A stretch of 64,000 nucleotides of DNA, taken from positions 32,001 to 96,000 of IMG/VR virus record IMGVR_UViG_3300023094_000009; one strand, 5' to 3'. Shown here piece by piece: positions 33,073 through 41,861 of this stretch; the first letter of the stretch is position 1; the number at the start of each line of letters is the position of its first letter. Made by a program: the position numbers and the translations under genes. Source of the stretch: a virus. The notes below the pieces were generated by a model. It saw only the letters and a list, made by a program, of their open reading frames with translations, made no database searches and had not been told where the DNA came from.

Positions 33073-33372
33073 AATTAAAAAACTTATTCAGAAAAAAAGG
33101 TTCTGGAACCACTTCCTGTAATTCTAAAAGAAACTAAATACAATATTCTTCTAGAGATTTTTGAAAAGACAGAACTTGAATTAGAAATTGACAGATATTT
33201 TGGGCGTGAAGGCAAAAATACAATTCTTTACAACAATGTAAGAAAGACCTATGAAAAATATATGTGGGAGTATGCAAGCGAGAGCATAACAATTTTAACA
33301 AACCAACTTCCCACGCAAATTTGGAAAGTAATGAATCACACAATACAAATTAAAAACACAAATAATGAATAA
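33069..33372 (+). pseudogene. frameshifted ~100 aa gene
   Basis: ATGA-coupled start; removing one A from the A7 tract (33092-98) gives a continuous ORF ending at TAA 33370-72. Confidence 0.55.
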
Positions 33373-33976
33373 AGAAAATTACATCGCACAAAAAGAGCTA
33401 ATTCTAGAGAAACAAAGAGCCTTGACAAAAGAACTGTCTGATCTAAAGGAGAAGTACATTAAAGAGTGTGCTCCATGCAAAATTGATGAAAGAGTAAAAG
33501 TGGTACACAATTCTGGAAGAACTGAAAATATGGTTGTGAAAGGATTTGGAATTTTTAAAGATGAAGTTTACATAGAGAAATTCAACAAAATTAAATCAGA
33601 CGGAGATGCGGAATCAACTTTCCGTTACATTTCAACAGGACATGGGAAGATTGAAAAGCTATAATGACGGAGTAATTGCTGTGATGCACGTACAGATTGA
33701 TGTTAAAGGAAAGAATTATATTGAAGCCAATTACGATGTGGAAAATGATTCTTACTATGGAGTGTATCTGAGGGTAGGTAAGAGGTGGAATGCTGATAGT
33801 GAATATTGGATTTTTAACTCTTTTTTGCCGATTTTGAAAAGGTTTAAGAAGAGGCGTTTAACAGAAGATGATAAATATCAGATGAAAAGATTTGACATAG
33901 ATTTTATCACAGAAGACAATGTTAGAGATTTCCTTCAAGCGTTTAAGTTATTTTTGAAAATGACAAATTACGAATT

Positions 33977-34033
33977 TTAACTGATTATTAACAAGCCTTG
34001 CAGATTTTTGTGAGGCTTTTTTGTTTAACTTTG
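33977..34033 (+). promoter_or_regulatory. TTAAC box, terminator hairpin and -7 element
   Basis: TTAACtgattaTTAACA, AAGCCT..AGGCTT hairpin, TAACTTTG 4 nt before ATG 34038. Confidence 0.65.
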
Positions 34034-34303
34034 TGGTATGAAGAATTTAACACCAATCTTAGAAGCGATTGAACATACGAGAAAAAGAATACATTTTTTG
34101 ATTGATACTAATACATTAACCATTGATTCAATTGTGATAAATGAATTGAAATGTCAAATTGAAATGCTGGAATCCCTCTTGCCAAAGGAGCGGGAAGTTA
34201 TTGAATCAGCCTTTGAATCAGCAATTCATTGTATTGAGGGTCATGACTGGGAGTATACAAAAGATCGAACAGAATATTTCAACGAAACATTCAACACAGA
34301 GTT

Positions 34304-35218
34304 ATGAGCTTAGAGTCTATCAAGTTCCAATATTTTTCTGCGAATGTGTATGATACTTCTGTTTTGGGAAAAGTTTCTTTGTCTGACTTCATTAGAGCCA
34401 ATAAAAATCCTAAGCCTCGAGTAAAGGAAATCTTCAAGCAAATTGAGGAAGCGACTCTGGCGGGGGATTTAAAACTGAAAGGTAAACTAAAAACAGAAAA
34501 TCTTGTTTACTTTTGTCCTGCTTGTATGTTCCAATCGAGAAGGAGAAATGATGACATTATTTCAATAAATCCTATACTAGTTTTGGATTTTGACGGCTTA
34601 GACAATGCAGAGGAATTTAAGCAGTTCTTATTTGACTCTTGTTCTTTTATTATTTGTTGCTATTTATCACCCTCAAAATCAGGAGTTAAGGCATTGGTCT
34701 TGTTAGAAGATGGTATTGAAACTATAGAGGAGTGGAAAAGTTATTACTATGGATTAGCTTACTATATGTGTAAATACAAAGGCTTTGATTCCTCCTCCTC
34801 CTCAATATCGTTGCCTCTTTTCCTCTCCTATGATGAAAATCTCCTATATAGAGAAAATCCTACAACATGGACTCAAAAAGGAAAGAAAATAAATGAATTT
34901 GATTATAAGAGTGATGTTGAATTAACTTTTGAGGGAGAGAGAACTGAATATGAAAAGAACATTGTAAAAAAGAAAATTCGTACAATGATCGAGACTATTG
35001 AGGACAACGCGCACCCAACCGTCAGAAGCGTTTCCATACTCTGCGGAGGATACTGTGCATTTGGATACTTGACAGAGCAAGAAGCTAAAGAATTAATTTA
35101 TCAATTGATTGATGAAAATTCTTATACTTGTCAGAAGGCTAACAACTATAAAAAAACTGTTGATAAATTTCTAGTAGATGGTATGAAGCGACCTCTAGAA
35201 TTAGAACTAAACAATTGA
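34304..35218 (+). CDS. BT4734/BF3469-like (VirE N-terminal) primase-like protein
   Basis: LK..L.YF.P...VLDFDGL...YLSPSKSGVKALV...FLSYD. Confidence 0.75.
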   Translation: MSLESIKFQYFSANVYDTSVLGKVSLSDFIRANKNPKPRVKEIFKQIEEATLAGDLKLKGKLKTENLVYFCPACMFQSRRRNDDIISINPILVLDFDGLDNAEEFKQFLFDSCSFIICCYLSPSKSGVKALVLLEDGIETIEEWKSYYYGLAYYMCKYKGFDSSSSSISLPLFLSYDENLLYRENPTTWTQKGKKINEFDYKSDVELTFEGERTEYEKNIVKKKIRTMIETIEDNAHPTVRSVSILCGGYCAFGYLTEQEAKELIYQLIDENSYTCQKANNYKKTVDKFLVDGMKRPLELELNN

Positions 35219-35453
35219 AAATATGACGTCACCACTAAGATTGTATCTCGTAGATTCTGTAACAGGAAAATGTACAGGTAAGAAAAGAGATTATCCTTCA
35301 GAAGCTCACTTCATTAAATATGGACGTGAAACTTATGAAAGGTATAACCGAGAGTACTACTACACTGACAAGCCCACTCACACCAAGGCTAAACTTTGTT
35401 TCCTCAATGAAGAGGGTAAATGGGAAGAAGCTAGTGAGGAGCAATTAAAAATT

Positions 35454-35499
35454 TTAACAACCCATTAACATTTTATCCAGTAAATAAACGTTAACTTTG
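35454..35499 (+). promoter_or_regulatory. promoter with TTAAC-N6-TTAAC box
   Basis: TTAACaacccaTTAACA, 21 nt, TAACTTTG. Confidence 0.7.
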
Positions 35500-35528
35500 T
35501 ACAAGGAAAATTTAAAATTTTACCAAAC

Positions 35529-36137
35529 ATGAAAAAAGAAGAAATATATGTCATAATTGACAGTGAGGAAAAGAAAAATAGGGCTGTTGAAATCCTCGAA
35601 AATGCAGGGGAGAAAATTTGGGATTCAGCAGATGCTTTAAGGTTTGATGATAATGATTGGTTTATAACGCATAGAGTAGAAGGTGAAGAAATTACCCTCG
35701 ATCAATTGGAAGAGTTGTTGATGCCTAAACTAGAATCAGAATACCCTCAAGAAATGCTTGTCTGGGACGAAATCGAAGAGCTTAAAATTCAAAAGACTGT
35801 TTTAGGCTTATTCAATGATCAATATGTAGTGTTTGATCCTTCTACAGATGGAGCTACTTATCTCACTTACTTGAATGCTTCTCCTATTGTTGAAGAACAG
35901 ATTCCCTTGATGACTTATACTTGTGGTAGGGGCGATATTAGTATTGGAGTTGGTGAGGATTATATTTCTTTTTCAGTTCTTTCTTCGCCCCGAAAAGTTG
36001 GTGAAGATATTACAGGAATGTATTTACCAGAGAGCGATTTAACAAAAGTGTATTTTGAAAATGTAGAATCTCTAGAAGTTTTGCAAGAGAAAGTTGATAC
36101 ATTGAGAAGATGGTTGCTCAGAAACAAAAAACAATAA
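35529..36137 (+). CDS. hypothetical protein sharing its N-terminal domain with 9595..10476
   Basis: MKKEEIYVIIDS...AVEILENAG...ITLDQLEELL. Confidence 0.7.
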   Translation: MKKEEIYVIIDSEEKKNRAVEILENAGEKIWDSADALRFDDNDWFITHRVEGEEITLDQLEELLMPKLESEYPQEMLVWDEIEELKIQKTVLGLFNDQYVVFDPSTDGATYLTYLNASPIVEEQIPLMTYTCGRGDISIGVGEDYISFSVLSSPRKVGEDITGMYLPESDLTKVYFENVESLEVLQEKVDTLRRWLLRNKKQ

Positions 36138-37348
36138 TTATGGAAAAATTAATTACATTTTTAACAGTAATTTCTTGGATTTCGGGGATTATTTCGACTA
36201 TCTGGTTCTTTAGTATTTTGATTAAAGTATCAAAGTATGAGGATTCTTTTCGAGGAATGGTTGATAGACGTTTAGGCGTTGACAGGACTTCTGAAGCTTA
36301 CACGTATGCGAGAAAGTGTTTTGTAGTTGCAATAGTATGTTGGACTTTTATCATTGTGTTTTAGTTATGAAAAGTTTAGAGGAAATAAAAAGAATTGTGA
36401 TGAAGTGGTCAGGGTTTGAACTTGAAGGAGAAACAGAGGCAGACTTAATCCGTAGTGTTGGTGACATATCCTACCAGTTACAATGTGAAATTTCTGATCA
36501 AGAAAAAGGTATTAGAAAATTAATTCAAGAATTAGATATAGAAGAAGGCGTATGAGAAAAGAGGATTTTTACGCACCAGACTGGCAGGAAAAACAAAAGA
36601 AATACAAACTGATTATTCCCTGCAAGCTTTGTCAGATTGAAGAGTTTAAACCTATTAAAGTTAAAAGAAAATGAGAATCAAAATTACAAAATTAAAAGAA
36701 TTGCCAGATGCACTTAATCCTAACAACATTGAAGAAGGATGGAGCAAAGAGTTTGAAATTCCTACAGAATATTGGAGAGAGCCTTGTGTGGGAGAAAGAT
36801 TCTATGCCTCTCTTTCATGGTCTACTAGCGGAATTCAGGAGATTATTGATGATAAGACATTTAGAACTTATAGCTCTATTTACAGATGGGAGATCTTAGA
36901 AAATGTTTACTCCTTTTATGCACATTCAAAAGATGGAATTTTATGAGAAAAGGGTTTATTGCATTCATTTTTATTTGGATTTTTGTTTGGCTACTATCCT
37001 ATCCTACAAGTTATGTTGGGAGTTTAGGTGTTTATATATTTGGTAACTATTGTTTGTATTTATTCGTTCTTTTTTCAGTTTTGTTTGCCGGAATTTTGAT
37101 TGATCACCTAACGCCAAAGAAATGAAGAAATGTTTCAGGTGTAAGCTACAAAAATCTCTTTCAGCATTCGATGTAGACAGAAGGAAATACCAACTACCAT
37201 CGGATCTTGGCACTTGTAAGGTTTGTATCAAATGTAACTTAGAAAGAGCATTAAAGGACTTGTCTACCATTAAATTTAACTTTGAAGATAATAAATTTGA
37301 AGTGAAAAAGTTTGAAAATAAAGAAGAAGCAATCAAATATTTTGACAA

Positions 37349-37675
37349 ATGAAAATACTCTTTATATGCACAGCCAACAAAGATAGAAGTAGAACTGCGG
37401 AAATACACTTTCAAAATAAATACCCTCAATACATTTTCAGAAGTGCAGGGATAAACAAATATCTCAGTGAAAAACATGGAGGTATTTATGTACAAGAATA
37501 TATGCTTGAAGCAACAGACAGAATTATTTGCATGGAAGATATTCATGCCAAATGGTTAGATGTAACTTATGAAGGTAAATATTCTAATAAGATAGAAACT
37601 CTTTACCTTGGAGATACAGAAACTTTCATGTCGGAATCTTTAATTGAGCTTCTAGAAAATAAATTAACTATATAA
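37349..37675 (+). CDS. low-molecular-weight protein tyrosine phosphatase
   Basis: P-loop ILFICTANKDRS (Cx5R), RSAG, DRIICME. Confidence 0.88.
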   Translation: MKILFICTANKDRSRTAEIHFQNKYPQYIFRSAGINKYLSEKHGGIYVQEYMLEATDRIICMEDIHAKWLDVTYEGKYSNKIETLYLGDTETFMSESLIELLENKLTI

Positions 37676-37720
37676 TAACATCCTCACTGAATTTTGGTGG
37701 GGATTTTTTGTTTAACTTTG
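37664..37720 (+). promoter_or_regulatory. TTAAC box, terminator hairpin and -7 element
   Basis: TTAACtatataATAACA, ATCCTCAC..GTGGGGAT hairpin, TAACTTTG 4 nt before ATG 37725. Confidence 0.65.
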
Positions 37721-37724
37721 TGGT

Positions 37725-38258
37725 ATGGAAAAAGAGAAAGTACACATTAAAGACATCAAGGAAGACACTATCAATGAACCTCGTAAGATATTTGTCGTTG
37801 GAGATAAAAAGTATTATGCTGATAGGATTAGCAAGGCTCAGTTATCAACACATGTCGATTGCGAGTTATGCTCAAAAGAATTTGAGAAACCTTACACCCA
37901 TTCTAAATTTTGTCCTGAATGTAAAATTAAGGTGGACAATGAGAAATTCTTGGCACTTCCACTAGTTGAGTGGGATGAAGAGTGTCCTTTAGTTATTTGG
38001 GGGGATGATAAGTGGTTTTATAGCAGAGAAGATATAGAAGAGTTTTGTGATGAACATGAGATTGAACTATCAGATTTACAACTGGTAACATCCTATAAAA
38101 CCTCTTTTTCTGAAATTGATTTTGAATATTGGGCTGATAATCTTCATGAAGATTGGGATGATAAAGTTTTTGACGAGAAATTGAAAGAATTTAATAAATT
38201 CCTAAGGGAACACGATACAAACACGTGGATGCCAACAAATAAACGAGTAGAATTATGA
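37725..38258 (+). CDS. hypothetical Zn-ribbon protein
   Basis: CELC...CPEC. Confidence 0.7.
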   Translation: MEKEKVHIKDIKEDTINEPRKIFVVGDKKYYADRISKAQLSTHVDCELCSKEFEKPYTHSKFCPECKIKVDNEKFLALPLVEWDEECPLVIWGDDKWFYSREDIEEFCDEHEIELSDLQLVTSYKTSFSEIDFEYWADNLHEDWDDKVFDEKLKEFNKFLREHDTNTWMPTNKRVEL

Positions 38259-39907
38259 AGAGATTAACATCAGAAGATCTATTCTCACTCCAATATGGAG
38301 ACAGAGTTTACCACAGAAAAAGTTCCTCCTACTGTGATGCTTTTAGATATGTAGGACGTATGCCTTCCTCAGAGAGATATTTAATATTCTCAGAAGGTGA
38401 AAAGCTAAAACACCTATATATTAATCAGGATGGTACTTTTAGAGGAGAGTGGTATTCGGGTGATTACGATGATAAATTTATTATTCAAGTAAGAATAGTA
38501 GAACTGGAAAAAGAGTTAGAGACTTTAAGAAAAGAACTCCATGTTTGAAGACGAAGAAATAATTGAAGGTGATGATAGCTTGTCTCTAAGAGAATACATC
38601 AACAGTTTTAGGTTTGCCTTTGAAGGAGAGAAGAAGTTTATTCAAGAGAATGATTGGTCTACTTTGTCTTCTGTGAGTGATAGAAAGAGTTTGTATGATT
38701 TGCAGGAACAGTTTGTTTCTACTATTCTTTCACGCGCCGAAGAGATAATCAAGAAATCCAAAGGTGCTCTGTCTCCTACAACAGAAGAGTTGGTTAAAAC
38801 TTTAGCTGGATTGGGTGATATTCATAAAGACAGGATTCAAGGCTTTATCAAGGACAAGGATTGGGCATCAAAGTTTGACATAAACAACATCAAGGACTTT
38901 GCTTCAGAAGGAGAGTTTATTGCCAAGTTGAATACCTCTTTGGAGCAGATAAAAAAGAAACTGTCTAAGATTAAAATAAAGGAATATGAGTTTGATATTC
39001 CTCTAAGAAAAGGACAATATGTTGCGCTTCCAATGATGGAACGATTTGTCGCACAATTTCCTGAGATAGAGGAAAAACTTAAATTGAAACCCGTTGAGGA
39101 AGTTAAGGCTGAGAAGAAAGTACCCATAAAACGTAAAACTACTAAAAAGAAAACAGATGTTAAAAATACTTAGGATAGGAAAAGGTAAAAATATGAGTGT
39201 TCCAAAAGCAGCTCTTGTATTCTACTTCTCAGAGTATGAAGGATCTGTACTTACATATGGACATATGGATGAGATGCACCGAATTATTGATATTGCAGGT
39301 GCTAAACATCAAAGCATGCTTTCCCCTACTCAAGTTATTAGTTCTCTTAGAAATTCTCCCTATTGGGATTGTAATCTGATTAGGGGCTTTTACCCTGGAC
39401 TTGCAGGACATGGAGGGGCGTGTGTCTGTAAACCTTCCAAGAAAGGAGAACAATTATATAAGTTAAAACTGATTAAAGATGAAGAAATACAGAATTAAGC
39501 AAGTAGGTAATAAATTTTATCCCCCAAGAAAATTTCTTTTTCTTTTGGGAAAATCTAACAGATAAAGATGGGATAGATGTTATCAGATTTGACTTAGAAG
39601 ATGCAAAGTATTTCATAGAAAAATATATAGAAGACTCAAAAACAATATTCCACAAATATCCATGAAATACATAACAGACACAATCCGTGAGAATGCTACT
39701 AAATTTTTTCCAAAAGGAACTGTTTTCAACAATGATGAGCTGTGCCATATGGATTTAGACCCTTGTAAAGGGATAGATAAAACAATAGTTGATCCCTATA
39801 TTATGGTTAAAGGGGAAACACTTGTTGCGCTAGGTAGGATAGAAAATGATCTTACTTATTACTGTACTATTTATGACCTTAAAAGGGGTTGGGCTAAAAT
39901 CGTTTAG

Positions 39908-41374
39908 ATGAAATACGAATTATTTAATTTTCAAAAGAAAGCCCTTGCATTGTGTGAGGGCTTTTTGTTTGATTCACCTCTGAAAAGTGGATTGTGTATA
40001 ATACCTACCGCTGGGGGTAAATCCGTCATCAATGCTAAACTTTGCGCTTCGCTTAGAGGTGTTCCTACTTTGGTGGTTGTTCCTTCTGAGGAATTACTTA
40101 GACAGAATTATGATGCTATGGTTAAGGAAGGGTTGGAAGTTTCTATCTATTCTGCTTCCATGAACTCAAAGGTTATTTCTTCTCTTACTATTGCTACAAT
40201 AGGATCTTTGAAGGATAAAGGGAAAGAGTTTAAAGACTTTGGTGTTAAGTTTGTTTTTATAGATGAGGCTCATTTTAAGTTTTCTTCTTTCAGTTTTTTG
40301 AGGAGCTCCCCTCTTTCCGGCGATTCTGGTGAAGTGCGAGATGCAATATTCAAAGGATTCATGAAGGATTTGAAACCCAAGAAACTTTTAGGCTTTACAG
40401 CTACGCCTTTCATATTGTCAACTGTTGGTGGAATGGCTTCGCTTAAATCTCTCATAAATGTCAGAGGAGGATTCTTTAAGGATATCATACACCTTACACA
40501 AATTCAGGAAGTGATCAAGGAAGGACGTTGGGGTGAGATTAAATACGATCTCCACCCCGTCAAAGATTACCAACTGAAAGTAAATACTTCGGGAGCTGAA
40601 TACTCCAAAGAATCGATAGATCTGTTCTTGAAAGAGAATGAGGTGAATAACCGTGTCTGTCTTCTATTAAAGCAACACCAAGCGACAAAGACACTCACAT
40701 TTGTAGAATCTGTTGATGTTGCTAACAAGATTAAAGAATGGTACAATTCTAAGCTGTTTAAGGGACGATGCGAAGTTGTTTCAGGTGATACTCCCAAAAA
40801 AGAGAGAAAAGCCATTATTGAGGCTTACAAGGACATAAATAGCGATTTATTACACTTAATCAATTACGGTACTTTGACAACAGGTTTTGACTTTCCTCAG
40901 CTTAGTGTTGTAATTGGTGCAAGACCTACAATGTCTTTGGCTTTATATTATCAGATGCTTGGTAGGCTTACCAGAGTACATAAGGATAAAGAGTTTGGAT
41001 TATATATTGATTTGGTGGGTAATTGTTCTAAGTTTGGTTTTATTGAAGACTTGAATTTTGATAGTGTAGGAAAGTTTGTTTTCAGTTGTTTTTCCGGCGA
41101 AAAGTTGCTCACAGATATTCCTCTTACCTTTCCTTATCCTGTGACAAAATCAACAATCAGAAATCCTCCTAAAAGAAAGGCTGTTGCAAATAGGGATATG
41201 AAAATATGGTTTGGCAAGTTTGATGGACAATTAGTAACAAGACTTCCAAAGTGGTACAGAGAATATCTTTTACAGGGAGATTCTTCGGATTTTCCTCTAA
41301 ACGAAAAAAGAGAAGCCCTTATGGAACTCCTCTCTTCACTGAAATATAATGAGTATACTTCTATTCTTACTTAG
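39908..41374 (+). CDS. SF2 DEAH helicase (RadD/UvsW-like)
   Basis: PTAGGKS, DEAH, FTATP, LTTGFD, QMLGRLTR. Confidence 0.93.
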   Translation: MKYELFNFQKKALALCEGFLFDSPLKSGLCIIPTAGGKSVINAKLCASLRGVPTLVVVPSEELLRQNYDAMVKEGLEVSIYSASMNSKVISSLTIATIGSLKDKGKEFKDFGVKFVFIDEAHFKFSSFSFLRSSPLSGDSGEVRDAIFKGFMKDLKPKKLLGFTATPFILSTVGGMASLKSLINVRGGFFKDIIHLTQIQEVIKEGRWGEIKYDLHPVKDYQLKVNTSGAEYSKESIDLFLKENEVNNRVCLLLKQHQATKTLTFVESVDVANKIKEWYNSKLFKGRCEVVSGDTPKKERKAIIEAYKDINSDLLHLINYGTLTTGFDFPQLSVVIGARPTMSLALYYQMLGRLTRVHKDKEFGLYIDLVGNCSKFGFIEDLNFDSVGKFVFSCFSGEKLLTDIPLTFPYPVTKSTIRNPPKRKAVANRDMKIWFGKFDGQLVTRLPKWYREYLLQGDSSDFPLNEKREALMELLSSLKYNEYTSILT

Positions 41375-41802
41375 ATCATTACTCTTTCAAATAAATCTTG
41401 TAGCCACTTTTGTCTAGGTTTTAATCCTGACCACTTCCACCACTTTTTACATTCTTTACACTCGTAAATGAAGCAAATTCCGTCACCATATTCATTATTG
41501 AAAGGATGGTCTTTTGCTAATTCACCATTCTCAACTGTTCGTTGATGAACCGCTTCTATAACCTCCATTAACAGACCATTTTGATGATTACACTTTGGTA
41601 CTTCAATTCGTTTTATTGCATCAATATGTGTGTGCATATGATGTGCGGGATTAAAGTAGAATTTTTGAAAGGATGGTTTCTTAGTAGTCCCAAAATTTAC
41701 GTGTACAGCTTCATCGGTGACTTTGTAAACTTTGCCCTCTTTATTAAGCGAATATCCACTTGAAGAAATAACCGTCATTCCCCTTTTAAAATGTTGCTTC
41801 AT
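41371..41802 (-). CDS. hypothetical protein
   Basis: ATG at 41802 just downstream of the - strand promoter; convergent with the helicase. Confidence 0.65.
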   Translation of the reverse strand: MKQHFKRGMTVISSSGYSLNKEGKVYKVTDEAVHVNFGTTKKPSFQKFYFNPAHHMHTHIDAIKRIEVPKCNHQNGLLMEVIEAVHQRTVENGELAKDHPFNNEYGDGICFIYECKECKKWWKWSGLKPRQKWLQDLFERVMI

Positions 41803-41814
41803 GCTATTTTTTGA

Positions 41815-41860
41815 CAAAGGTAATACCAATCTTGTAACAAAAGTGTTAAAAATTTGTTAC
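41815..41860 (-). promoter_or_regulatory. promoter with TAAC-N6-TTAAC box
   Basis: minus strand GTAACaaatttTTAACA, 21 nt, TACCTTTG. Confidence 0.7.
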
Positions 41861-41861
41861 A

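Noticed and set aside
34729-34810. TCC microsatellite at about 34790-34802 in the primase-like gene
   Set aside because: Short in-frame poly-Ser with no evidence of a function
3786-41102. The dispersed CAGT/CG motif as intrinsic terminators or attC sites
   Set aside because: No stable hairpin or GTTRRRY core; it occurs in both orientations and inside coding sequence, and no integron integrase is seen
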